From Candidatus Eiseniibacteriota bacterium (GTDB taxonomy: Bacteria; Eisenbacteria; RBG-16-71-46), in NCBI GenBank assembly GCA_963725865.1, contig CAVSAC010000014.1, forward strand, positions 1,024,001 to 1,088,000: 64,000 bases of DNA. The letters are read 5' to 3'. The notes beneath the pieces are model-generated. The model did not search any database. It was not told where the DNA came from and saw only the letters and a program-made list of their open reading frames with translations. Shown here piece after piece: positions 8,907-18,299 of this stretch; positions within the stretch are counted from its first letter, which is position 1, and each line of letters starts with the position of its first letter. A program made the position numbers and the translations under genes.

Positions 8907-11159
8907 GTGTCGCACGCCCGCGTCGTCGTCGCCTCGCTCGCCGCCCTCGTGCTGATCCCACTCGCCGCCCGCGGCGAACCCGAGCTGCGCGGCTTCACGC
9001 CCGCCGCCGCCGTGACCCAGCGCGACTGGGAGACGAAGTTCCGCGCGCTGCCCGATCCGGCGCGCATGCGCGAATCGATGCGCCGGCTGAGCGCGCGGCC
9101 GCACCACCTCGGTTCGCCGTACGACCGCGACAACGCCGAGTGGCTGCGCGCGCAGTTCGCCTCGTACGGATGGGATGCGCGCATCGAGGAGTTCGAGGCG
9201 CTGTCGCCGACGCCCACGCTGCGGCGGCTCGAGCTGGTGGCGCCCACGCGCTTCGTCGCGCGGCTCGACGAGCCGGCGCTCGCGCTGGACCCGACCACGG
9301 GGCAGAAGCGCGAGCAGCTCCCCAGCTTCAACGCCTATTCGGCCGACGGCGACGTCACGGCGCCGCTCGTCTACGTCAACCGCGGCGTGCCGGCGGACTA
9401 CGAGGAGCTCGAGCGGCTCGGAGTCTCGGTGAAAGGCGCCATCGTGATCGCCCGCTACGGCGGCTCGTGGCGTGGCATCAAGCCGAAGGTCGCCGCCGAG
9501 CACGGCGCGGTCGGCTGCCTGATCTACTCGGACCCGCAGGACGACGGCTACGCGCAGGGCGAGACGTTCCCCGCGGGGCCGTTCCGGCCGAAGGACGGCG
9601 TGCAGCGCGGCAGCGTGATCGACATGCCCATCTACCCCGGCGATCCGCTGACGCCGGGGGTGGCCGCCACGCGGGACGCGAAGCGGCTCGACCGGCGCGA
9701 CGCGGTCACGCTGATGAAGATCCCGGTGCTGCCCATCTCGTACGCCGACGCGCAGCCGCTGCTGGCCGCGATCGCCGGCCCGATCGCGCCGCCGGAGTGG
9801 CGCGGCTCGCTGCCGGTCACGTATCGGCTCGGACCGGGGCCGGCGCGCGTGCACCTGCAGCTGGCGTTCGACTGGTCGCTGCGCCCGGTGCGCGACGTGA
9901 TCGCGAGCATCCCGGGCGCGCAGTTTCCCGACGAGTGGGTCGTGCGCGGCAACCACTACGACGCCTGGGTGAACGGCGCGGAGGACCCGATCTCCGGCCA
10001 GGTCGCCGAGCTCGAGGAGGCGCGCGCGATCGGCGCGCTGCTGAAGCAGGGTTGGCGGCCGAAGCGCACGCTGGTGTACGCGTCGTGGGACGGCGAGGAG
10101 GAGGGGCTGCTCGGCTCAACCGAATGGGTCGAGGCGCACGCGGACGAGCTGGGCCGCAAGGCCGTGCTGTACGTGAACAGCGACTCGAATTCGCGCGGCT
10201 ACCTGGACATCGGCGGCTCCCACACGCTGGAGCGGTTCATGAACGGGATCGCCCGCGACATCGAGGATCCCGAGACCCACCTGTCGGTGCGCGTTCGACT
10301 GCAGGCCTCGCGCATCCGCAACGGCAGCGACGAGGTGCGCCGCGAGGCGCGCGAGCGCGCCGACCTGCGGATCGACGCGCTGGGCTCGGGCTCCGACTAC
10401 AGCGCGTTCCTGCAGCACGTCGGCGTGCCCTCGCTCGCCGCGGGCTACGGCGGCGAGGACCGCGGCGGCATCTACCACTCGGTCTACGACGACCTCTACT
10501 GGTACACGCACTTCGCCGATTCCACGTTCGTCTACGGTCGCGCGCTCGCGCAGACCGTGGGGACGACGGTGATGCGCATGGCCGACGCCGATCTGCTGCC
10601 GCACGAGTTCGGAAACCTCGCGGAGACCGCGACCGGCTACATCCGCGAGCTGAAGGCGCTGCGCGAGGAGAGCGCCAAACGCATCGCCGAGCGCAACCGC
10701 CAGGTGACCGACGGCGTGTTCGCCGCGACCGTCGACCCGCGGCGCCCGGAGTTCGCTCCGCTGCCCGAGCCGCTGCCGCCGGTGCTCGACTTCGCGCCGC
10801 TCGACAACGCTGCCGACACGCTGACGCGCGCCGCCGCGCGCTACGAGAAGGCCTACGCCGCGGTGATCGCCGGCGAGGCCGACACGGCGCGGTTCGCGGG
10901 CGTGAACGCGCTGCTGCGCCAGAGCGACCAGGTGCTGCTGGACGCCGACGGGCTGCCGAAGCGGCCGTGGTACCGGCACCTGCTCTACGCCCCGGGCTTC
11001 TACACGGGCTATGGGGTGAAGACCATGCCGGGCGTGCGCGAGGCCATCGAGCAGAAGCAGTGGGCCGACGCCGACGCGCAGATCCTGCGTGTCGCCGCGG
11101 CCCTGCGGCGCGAAGCCGCGCTGGTCGGCCGCGCGGCGGAGGCGCTCGAGCGGCGGTGA
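8907..11159 (+). CDS. M28 family peptidase, glutamate carboxypeptidase II-like (PA and transferrin-receptor-like dimerisation domains)
   Basis: GGAGGA before GTG 8907; signal peptide; GNHYDAW, GAEDPISG, WDGEEEGLLGSTEW, GSGSDY, YHSVYD, PWYRHLLYAPG. Confidence 0.9.
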   Translation: MSHARVVVASLAALVLIPLAARGEPELRGFTPAAAVTQRDWETKFRALPDPARMRESMRRLSARPHHLGSPYDRDNAEWLRAQFASYGWDARIEEFEALSPTPTLRRLELVAPTRFVARLDEPALALDPTTGQKREQLPSFNAYSADGDVTAPLVYVNRGVPADYEELERLGVSVKGAIVIARYGGSWRGIKPKVAAEHGAVGCLIYSDPQDDGYAQGETFPAGPFRPKDGVQRGSVIDMPIYPGDPLTPGVAATRDAKRLDRRDAVTLMKIPVLPISYADAQPLLAAIAGPIAPPEWRGSLPVTYRLGPGPARVHLQLAFDWSLRPVRDVIASIPGAQFPDEWVVRGNHYDAWVNGAEDPISGQVAELEEARAIGALLKQGWRPKRTLVYASWDGEEEGLLGSTEWVEAHADELGRKAVLYVNSDSNSRGYLDIGGSHTLERFMNGIARDIEDPETHLSVRVRLQASRIRNGSDEVRREARERADLRIDALGSGSDYSAFLQHVGVPSLAAGYGGEDRGGIYHSVYDDLYWYTHFADSTFVYGRALAQTVGTTVMRMADADLLPHEFGNLAETATGYIRELKALREESAKRIAERNRQVTDGVFAATVDPRRPEFAPLPEPLPPVLDFAPLDNAADTLTRAAARYEKAYAAVIAGEADTARFAGVNALLRQSDQVLLDADGLPKRPWYRHLLYAPGFYTGYGVKTMPGVREAIEQKQWADADAQILRVAAALRREAALVGRAAEALERR

Positions 11160-11193
11160 ACGCGGTGGCCGACCAGCGTGTGGGAGGCGGCGG

Positions 11194-14031
11194 CTAGTTT
11201 GCGATCACCAGCCTTGCGACCGCGCGCTCGCGCCCGGCGGTGAGGCGTAGGAAGTAGAGCCCAGGGCGCAGCGGCGCGCCGGCGCTCGCGAGCGTCCAGT
11301 CGATGGCACCCTCGCCGGCCGTACGCTCGGCATCGAGCAGGGTGGCGAGGCGGCGGCCCTGCAGGTCGTGGAGCGCGAGCGTGACGTGCCCGGCGCGCGG
11401 CAGCGCGAACCGCACCGCGCAGCGCGCGCGCGCCGGGTTGGGGGCGAGCGCGGTGATGGCGAGGCGCGCGGGCGGCGCGGGTGCGCTGCCGACCGCGAGC
11501 GGATCGACGATGCGCAGGCGCTCGGCGCTGACGGCGTGGGCGACGTTGCCGGCGGAGTCGCGGGCGACGATCTTGAAGGCGACGCTGTCGGAGAGCGGAG
11601 CGGTGACGGTCCAGGGGAACTCGCCGGAATCGGCGAGGCCGGTGGCGATGCGCGCGAACGGCCCGCGCGGCCCGTGGCGGGAGACGAACAGGTCGATGGC
11701 GGCGACGCCGACGTCGTCGTGGGCCTGCCAGCGGAGGGTGGCGGAGGCACCCGGAGTCAACGCGGGCAGCACGCCGGGGCCGAGCAGCGCGACCGTCGGC
11801 GGGATCGGGTCGCGGCCCCACACGACGACGATGCTGGAGGCATCCCGCGACGCCACGTCCAGGCGGCCGTCGCCGTCGAAGTCCGCGAGCGGTCTCCCGG
11901 CGTTCCAGTTCGGGTCGAGTCCGCCGAGTCCGCCGGCCGCGACGAATCCTCCGGCGCCGTTCCCGCGCCCGAACAGCAGGCCATCCTCGATCTGGTAGAC
12001 CAGGTCGGGATGTCCATCGGCGTCGAGGTCGCACGGCGCCGCCCCGAAGCCGGGCCAGGCGTACACGCCGGAACTCGCGCTCGGCGCCCCGAGCGTGCCG
12101 GCGGCATCCTGCAGGTACGCCATCACGTAGTCCCCGAATCCGCCGGGCCCGTAGCCCCGGAACAGTGTCGAGAGGTCGAGCCGGCCATCTCCGTCGAGAT
12201 CCTCGATCAGGATCTCCGCTTCGTCACCATTCGTCTGGAGGAACGTCGCGGCCCCGAATCCACCGTCTCCCACGGAGAGTGCGTAGCTGGTCGAGTAGCC
12301 GGAGCCCGTGAGCCACGCGGTGTACACGATGTCGGCCCGCCCGTCTCCGTTCAGGTCGCCGACCTTCATATGGGTGATGGTGAGCGGCCGTTGCGTCCGT
12401 ACCGCGGGGCCGAACGCACCTCCGCCCAGTCCCGGTCGGACGAACACGTCGGCGCCGACGACGGCGACGAGGTCGAGATGACCGTCGCCCGTGACATCCG
12501 CGAAGTGCATCCCTGTGCTGCCTGCCGGTAGTGCGATCGAGAACGTCCCGGCCACCGTGCCGTCGCCAACTCCGGCCAGTACCGTGACAGCCGAGCCGGG
12601 ACCGAGCGTGGCGAAGTCCAGATGGCCGTCCTCGTCAGCGTCGACCGACTCGAATGCCGGCAACGCGCCGCAGCACTGCGGCGCGGGGATCTCGGCGTGG
12701 TCCGCTCGCGAGAATGTCCGGCCGGGTCGCGCGAGCAGAGCGTCCACCCCGAACTGACCGGGTGCGGCGTACGGATCCAGCGCCAGCAGATCGGGATGAC
12801 CGTCCTCGTCCAGATCGCCCACGGCGGCGATCGAAAACGCGGACGTGATCGGCCGGGTGAGCTCGCACACTCCGAACCTGCCCTGCCCGTCGCCGAGTGC
12901 GCTGTACAGCGCGTCGCTCGAGGTGTTCGGAGCCAACGCGGTCGACACGATGTCCGCGCGCTCGTCTCCGTCGAGGTCTTCGACGATCAGCGGGAACAAC
13001 GACCGCCCGATGGTCGAGCGGATCGCGGGACCGAACCCGCCCCCGCCGAGTCCGGGACGCACCAGGACAGCGAGGTGGGCGTCATCGGTGCTCACGAGGT
13101 CGAGCTGGCCATCCTGCGTCACGTCCGCGATCGCGACATCGAGCACGCGTTCGTCCGGTGTGTCGATGACCAGCGGCACGCCGAACGTCCCATCGCCCAG
13201 TCCGGGGTGGATCGAGACGATCTCCTCGCGAGCCACGACAAGGTCCGTGTGGCCGTCCCCGGTCACGTCCGATGCCGCCATGCCGAACGCGTGCTGCCAG
13301 TCGACGTCCCCGACGACCACGCGCGCGCGGAACGTGCCGTCTCCGCGGCTCAGCAGGACGATGAGGTCGTGGTCGCCGTACTGCTGCGAGACCGTGAAGT
13401 CGGGTCTCCCGTCGCCATCGAAATCCGCGGGCACGGAGTTCCAGATCACGCCACCCGCCAGGCTGTCGGCGGTCGATGTCGAGGTGACGAAGGTGCGTCC
13501 GGGGAGACCACGATCGACCTGGATTCCGCCGTTCCACCACAAGCTGACGACGTCCAGCCGGCCGTCGCCATCGACGTCGAGGACGACCTGCCCGGTGGCA
13601 TTGATCGGCGGCGACAGGTCCACGCGGGTCCAGTGTCGGCCGCTGCCGTCACCGAACAGGACACACCGGGCGTGCGCCGCGGTGCACGCGATGTCGCTGG
13701 CGCCGTCTCCATCGAGGTCCGCGATCGAGAACCACGCCATTTGCACACCGGGGTCGACCGATGGCGCGTCGAACGTCCCATCGCCCGCTCCCAGATAGAC
13801 CGCCATGCCGAAAGGCGACCACGACACGACATCGGGAGACCCATCCGAGTTCAGATCGCCGGACACGAGACGCGTGGGCAGGAGCTCGTCGACCGGGTTG
13901 TACGAGAGCTGCGCCAGCATCGGCGCGTCGAACCACCTCGCAGCCTCCGCCGGCGGCACCCGCGCCGCGAGCGCGAGCAGCAGCGGCACCAGTGCGACGG
14001 CGGCGCGAGCGTGGATCGATGAGCGGGCCAT
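11194..14031 (-). CDS. Secreted FG-GAP/VCBS repeat protein with Ig-like domain and T9SS/FlgD-like C-terminal domain
   Basis: GGAGG before ATG 14031; signal peptide; 14 D(L/V/F)xGDGxxD repeats; C-terminus APNPAR...LHDLQGRRLATL...GLYFLRL. Confidence 0.88.
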   Translation of the reverse strand: MARSSIHARAAVALVPLLLALAARVPPAEAARWFDAPMLAQLSYNPVDELLPTRLVSGDLNSDGSPDVVSWSPFGMAVYLGAGDGTFDAPSVDPGVQMAWFSIADLDGDGASDIACTAAHARCVLFGDGSGRHWTRVDLSPPINATGQVVLDVDGDGRLDVVSLWWNGGIQVDRGLPGRTFVTSTSTADSLAGGVIWNSVPADFDGDGRPDFTVSQQYGDHDLIVLLSRGDGTFRARVVVGDVDWQHAFGMAASDVTGDGHTDLVVAREEIVSIHPGLGDGTFGVPLVIDTPDERVLDVAIADVTQDGQLDLVSTDDAHLAVLVRPGLGGGGFGPAIRSTIGRSLFPLIVEDLDGDERADIVSTALAPNTSSDALYSALGDGQGRFGVCELTRPITSAFSIAAVGDLDEDGHPDLLALDPYAAPGQFGVDALLARPGRTFSRADHAEIPAPQCCGALPAFESVDADEDGHLDFATLGPGSAVTVLAGVGDGTVAGTFSIALPAGSTGMHFADVTGDGHLDLVAVVGADVFVRPGLGGGAFGPAVRTQRPLTITHMKVGDLNGDGRADIVYTAWLTGSGYSTSYALSVGDGGFGAATFLQTNGDEAEILIEDLDGDGRLDLSTLFRGYGPGGFGDYVMAYLQDAAGTLGAPSASSGVYAWPGFGAAPCDLDADGHPDLVYQIEDGLLFGRGNGAGGFVAAGGLGGLDPNWNAGRPLADFDGDGRLDVASRDASSIVVVWGRDPIPPTVALLGPGVLPALTPGASATLRWQAHDDVGVAAIDLFVSRHGPRGPFARIATGLADSGEFPWTVTAPLSDSVAFKIVARDSAGNVAHAVSAERLRIVDPLAVGSAPAPPARLAITALAPNPARARCAVRFALPRAGHVTLALHDLQGRRLATLLDAERTAGEGAIDWTLASAGAPLRPGLYFLRLTAGRERAVARLVIAN

Positions 14032-14069
14032 GATGGCGGCCTCCGATGGTCGCGGGGGGACCATTCGCG

Positions 14070-14097
14070 TTATCGGCCCGTGCGCGCGATCGCTGAA
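14070..14097 (-). promoter_or_regulatory. Candidate sigma28 (FliA/WhiG)-type promoter
   Basis: TTCA-N16-GCCGATAA on the minus strand upstream of ATG 14031; same architecture at 49040-49067. Confidence 0.55.
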
Positions 14098-14304
14098 CGA
14101 CGACCCGCGCGGGCGCCCTTCGTTCCGCGCCTTCTCGCACCTTGACACCCCCCGCTCGCGGTGCCACCGTTCCCCACGTCTCTCCGACGCGAATGAGACG
14201 CGAGGGAGCGCCGAGCCCCGCCACGCTCGCGGGGCCGGCGCTCCGATGCGTCCGGTCGGACCGGCACGGAAGCCGGGCAGCCCCTCGACGGCACGGAGGC
14301 CGTT

Positions 14305-15666
14305 CTGAGCACGTTCCTCATCCATTCCGGCACCCTCGTGTGCATGGACGGTGCATCGACCGTCGTGCGCGGCGATCTGCTGGTGCGCGACGGGCGCATC
14401 GCGGCGGTCGGCGCGGCGGTGCCCGCGGCGCTCGCCGAGCTCCCCGACGCGCGCGCCGACGAGACGTTCGACGCGGGCGGCTGCCTGGTGCTGCCGGGCT
14501 TCATCCACGGGCACCTGCACCTCTGCCAGACGCTGTTCCGCGGGCTCGCCGAGCAGGCCGACCTGCTGTGCTGGCTGCGCGAGAGCATCTGGCCGCTCGA
14601 GGCCGCGCACACCGAGGCGTCGATCGCGGCGTCCGCGCGCCTCGGCATCCTCGAGTTGCTGGCGGGCGGCGTGACGTGCGTGAACGACATGGGCACCGCG
14701 CGCTTCACCGAGGTGGTGGGCGAGGTGCTCGAGCAGAGCGGGCTGCGCGCGGTGTTCGGCAAGGCGCTGATGGACCAGGGCGTGGGGCTGCCGCCCGCCC
14801 TGCGCGACGACCACGCCGGCGCGCTGGACGAGGCGCTCGCGATCGCCCAGCGCTTCCACGGCGCGGGCGGCGGGCGACTGAGCGTGTCGCTGGCGCCGCG
14901 CTTCATCCTCTCGTGCAGCGAGGCGCTGTGGCACGACGTCGCCGCGGCCTCGCGCGCCCGCGGGCTGGTGGTGCACACGCACATCGCGGAGGCGCCCAGC
15001 GAGGGCCGCGAGGTCCAGGAAAGCGTGGGGGCGACCGCGGCGCGCTACTTCGCGCGGCACGAGGTGCTGAGCCCGCGCTTCGTGGGCGCGCACGGCGTGT
15101 GGCTCGACGACGAGGAGCTGGGGCTGATCGCGAAGGCCGACGCCGCGCTGGTGCACTGCCCGGGCTCGAACCTCAAGCTCGGCTCCGGCTTCGCCGACGT
15201 GCGCCGCTGGGCGCAGGCCCGGGTGCGGCGCGGGCTCGGCTCCGACGGGGCCGCGTGCAGCAACCGGCTCGACACGTTCCACGAGATGTCGCTCGCGGCG
15301 GGCCTCACGCGCGTGCTGGCGCCCAGCGCGCACCTGAGCGCGCGCGACGTGGTGGCGCTCGCCACCAGCGAGGGCGCGCGCGCGCTCGGGCTCGGCGCGG
15401 TCGTCGGCTCGCTGGAGGCCGGCAAGCAGGCGGACGTGGTGGTGGTGAACACCGCCGCGCCGCACCACGCGCCGTTCTCGGAGCGCGACCCGTACACGAC
15501 GCTCGTGCACGCGGCGCGGCCCGAGGACGTACGGCTCACGATGGTGGCCGGGCGCGCGCTGTATCGCGACTTCGCCTGGGCGACGCTCGACCCCGATCGC
15601 GTGCTCGGCGAGGCGCGTGTGGAAGCGGGGGCGCTCGCGCGCCGCGCGGAGCGGAGCGCCGCATGA
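14305..15666 (+). CDS. Amidohydrolase (5'-deoxyadenosine / MTA-SAH deaminase-like), probable CTG start
   Basis: PGFIHGHLHLCQTLFRG, HTHIAE, AHGVWL, HCPGSNLKLGSG, LGSDG, GKQAD; GGAGG lies 5 nt before in-frame CTG 14305, giving STFLIHSGTLVCMD. Confidence 0.88.
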   Translation: MSTFLIHSGTLVCMDGASTVVRGDLLVRDGRIAAVGAAVPAALAELPDARADETFDAGGCLVLPGFIHGHLHLCQTLFRGLAEQADLLCWLRESIWPLEAAHTEASIAASARLGILELLAGGVTCVNDMGTARFTEVVGEVLEQSGLRAVFGKALMDQGVGLPPALRDDHAGALDEALAIAQRFHGAGGGRLSVSLAPRFILSCSEALWHDVAAASRARGLVVHTHIAEAPSEGREVQESVGATAARYFARHEVLSPRFVGAHGVWLDDEELGLIAKADAALVHCPGSNLKLGSGFADVRRWAQARVRRGLGSDGAACSNRLDTFHEMSLAAGLTRVLAPSAHLSARDVVALATSEGARALGLGAVVGSLEAGKQADVVVVNTAAPHHAPFSERDPYTTLVHAARPEDVRLTMVAGRALYRDFAWATLDPDRVLGEARVEAGALARRAERSAA

Positions 15667-16877
15667 TCGTCGGACCCTGCACGGTGGTGACCGGCGGCGC
15701 CGATCCGCAGGTGATCGAGGACGGCGGCGTGCGCGTGGTCGGCGCCCACATCGCCCAGGTGGGCGTGGCGGCGCACCTCGCCGCCTCGCATCCCGACGAG
15801 ACGCTGTGGCCGGCACGCGGGCGCGTGCTGATGCCGGGGCTGATCAACGCGCACACGCATCTCGCCCACCACCTGGCGCGCGGCCTCGGCCTGCGCACGC
15901 CGGCCGAGTGGCGGCGCTACGAGCACGCGCTGTCGCCCGAGGACGTGTTCTGGTCGGCCACCGCCGCGCTCATCGAGGGGCTGCGCCACGGCGTGACGAC
16001 CGTGTGCGACTTCCACCGCTCGGGCTCGGCGATCGACCTGTCGCTCTCCGAGATCCTGTCGGCCGCCCGCAAGAGCGGCGTGCGGGTCGCGACGTGCTAC
16101 GGCGTCTCGGAGCTGGACACTCCGCTCGAGCGCAGCGCGGCGCTCGAGGAGAGCCTCTCGTTCGCGGCCGACCTGCGGCGCCAGCGCGAGGGCCGCCTGC
16201 GCGCCACCATCGGGGTGCAGGCGCAGTCGCTCGCGGGCGTCGACGCGCTGCTCGCCGACGCGCTCGAGCGCGCCGCGGGCGCGCTGGCGGTGCACGTGGA
16301 CCTGGCGCTCGACCTGACGCCGGCCGAGAAGTGGCGCGCGCAGCGACGCTGGAACGCGGGCGACCAGCCGGCGCTGTGGGCGCACGCCGACACTGCGCCG
16401 CGCGGGCTGCTGGCGCTGGCGCAGGAGCGCGGCGACGCGCTCGCCACCGTGGGCGCGGCCGCCACGCTCGAGCGCGAGGCCGAGGTGGCGTGGGGGAGCG
16501 ACTCGGGCGTCAACGCCCCGCCGCTGCCCGACGTCTCGAACCCGTGGACGCTCGGCAGCCGGCCCGACCTGCACTACCAGCGCGTGTTCGTGCGCGGCGC
16601 GCGCTGGGCGGAGCGCCACTTCGGCGAAAGCCTCGGCGTGATCGCACCGGGCGCCCCCGCCGACCTCGCGCTGGTGGACTACCGGCCCGCGACCGAGTTC
16701 TCGTCGCGCACGCTGCTCGACCACCTGTGGTCCGGCCTGCTGCGCGCGCCGGTCTCGAGCGTGATGGTGGCGGGCGAGATCCTGATGGACAACGGCACGC
16801 TGGTCGACGTGGACGAGCGCGAGGTCGCCGCGCGCGCTCGCGATTGCGCGCGCCGGGTGTGGGAGCGACTGGGGTAG
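15663..16877 (+). CDS. Amidohydrolase family protein (SsnA-like, divergent)
   Basis: ATGA overlap with upstream gene; MPGLINAHTHL, GVTTVCDFH, GAPADL, VMVAGEILM. Confidence 0.75.
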   Translation: MIVGPCTVVTGGADPQVIEDGGVRVVGAHIAQVGVAAHLAASHPDETLWPARGRVLMPGLINAHTHLAHHLARGLGLRTPAEWRRYEHALSPEDVFWSATAALIEGLRHGVTTVCDFHRSGSAIDLSLSEILSAARKSGVRVATCYGVSELDTPLERSAALEESLSFAADLRRQREGRLRATIGVQAQSLAGVDALLADALERAAGALAVHVDLALDLTPAEKWRAQRRWNAGDQPALWAHADTAPRGLLALAQERGDALATVGAAATLEREAEVAWGSDSGVNAPPLPDVSNPWTLGSRPDLHYQRVFVRGARWAERHFGESLGVIAPGAPADLALVDYRPATEFSSRTLLDHLWSGLLRAPVSSVMVAGEILMDNGTLVDVDEREVAARARDCARRVWERLG

Positions 16878-16984
16878 CGCCCGCGCGGGCGGCCGCGGCG
16901 AACGGCCCGTTCGCCGCCCCCACGCGCCCGCGACCACGCCGCGCCGCTCGCCCGCCCCGGGGCGCCGGAGCGCGCGCGCCGCTG

Positions 16985-16993
16985 TGCTAGCCT
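16985..16993 (+). promoter_or_regulatory. Extended -10 element (TGcTAGCCT) 6 nt before ATG, leaderless-type
   Basis: TAGCCT at 16988-16993, ATG at 17000, no Shine-Dalgarno. Confidence 0.55.
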
Positions 16994-16999
16994 CCGCGC

Positions 17000-17485
17000 A
17001 TGCATGATCTGCGCACCGCGCGCTTTCCCGACGACCTCGAATCCGTCCGCGAGCTGTTCCGCGAGTACGAGGCGGGGCTCGGCTTCGACCTCGGCTTCCA
17101 GGACTTCGAGCGCGAGCTGGCGACGCTGCCGGGCGAGTACGCGCCGCCGCGCGGCGCCCTGTTCGTGGCGTGGACGTGCGGCCGAACGGCGGGCTGCGTG
17201 GCGCTGCGCCCGCTGGCGCCCGACGTGTGCGAGATGAAGCGCCTCTACGTCCGCCCGGACTGTCGCGCCGGTGGCCTCGGCCGCGCGCTCGTGGAGCGTA
17301 TCGTGCTCGAGGCGCGCCGACTGGGCTACGCGCGCATGCGGCTCGACACGGTGCCGGGCATGGACGCGGCGATCGCGCTGTACCGCTCGCTCGGCTTCGC
17401 CGCGATCCCGCCCTATCGCCACAACCCGATGCCGGGCGCGCTCTACATGGAGTGCGCGCTCGGGGACGCCGCGCGGCGCGACTGA
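17000..17485 (+). CDS. GNAT family N-acetyltransferase
   Basis: [38 protein letters not shown]. Confidence 0.9.
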   Translation: MHDLRTARFPDDLESVRELFREYEAGLGFDLGFQDFERELATLPGEYAPPRGALFVAWTCGRTAGCVALRPLAPDVCEMKRLYVRPDCRAGGLGRALVERIVLEARRLGYARMRLDTVPGMDAAIALYRSLGFAAIPPYRHNPMPGALYMECALGDAARRD

Positions 17486-17519
17486 GCCGCGGGCGCGCCG
17501 CGCGCCGACGGAGGATCCG

Positions 17520-18299
17520 ATGGAGCTGCGTCTCTACCAGGTCGATGCGTTCGCGTCCGAGCTGTTCCGCGGCAACCCGGCCGCGGTCGTGCCGCTCGAG
17601 CGGTGGCTCGCGGACGACGTCATGCAGGCGATCGCCGCCGAGAACAACCTGTCCGAGACCGCGTTCTTCGTGCCGCAGGGCCCCGACTACGACCTGCGCT
17701 GGTTCACACCCAAAGTCGAGATGGACCTGTGCGGTCACGCCACGCTGGCGTCCGCGTTCATCCTGTTCACCCACCTCGCGCCGCTGCGCGAGAGCGTGAC
17801 GTTCCACACCCGCAGCGGCCCGCTCACGGTGGCGCGCGAGGGCGAGCGGCTGGTGATGGACTTCCCGTCGCGCCCGCCGGTGCGGTGCGCCGCGCCGCCC
17901 GGGCTCGCCGCGGCGCTCGGGCGCACCCCGGTCGCCACGCTCACCGCGCGCGACCTGATGGCGGTGTTCGAGCACGAGGGCGAGGTGCGCGCGCTGGCGC
18001 CCGACATCGGCGCGGTGGCAGCACTCGGCGTGCACGCGGTCATCGTCACCGCGCCGGGGCGCGCGGTGGACTTCGTGTCGCGCTTCTTCGCCCCCGCGGT
18101 CGGGGTGCCCGAGGACCCGGTCACAGGCTCGGCCCACTGCACGCTGACGCCCTACTGGGCGGAGCGGCTGGGCCGGCCGCGACTCCACGCACATCAGGTC
18201 TCCGCGCGCGGCGGCGAGCTGTTCTGCGAGCTGCGCGGCGACCGCGTGGCGCTCGCGGGCCACGCGGTGCTGTATCTCGAGGGCACGATCCGGCTGTGA
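17520..18299 (+). CDS. PhzF family isomerase
   Basis: VDAF...GNPAAV, NLSETAF, LRWFTP, LCGHATLA, EDPVTGSAH, SARGG. Confidence 0.92.
   Translation: MELRLYQVDAFASELFRGNPAAVVPLERWLADDVMQAIAAENNLSETAFFVPQGPDYDLRWFTPKVEMDLCGHATLASAFILFTHLAPLRESVTFHTRSGPLTVAREGERLVMDFPSRPPVRCAAPPGLAAALGRTPVATLTARDLMAVFEHEGEVRALAPDIGAVAALGVHAVIVTAPGRAVDFVSRFFAPAVGVPEDPVTGSAHCTLTPYWAERLGRPRLHAHQVSARGGELFCELRGDRVALAGHAVLYLEGTIRL

Noticed and set aside
7175..11197. 1340-aa ORF and many other long Arg/Ala/Pro-rich ORFs (e.g. 4515-7316, 15045-18263, 31551-34871, 31720-34686)
   Set aside because: Shadow frames of real genes caused by stop-codon scarcity at very high GC; no motifs.
14032..15816. 600-aa N-terminal extension of the FG-GAP ORF
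   Set aside because: Antisense to the amidohydrolase; the real start with SD and signal peptide is 14031.
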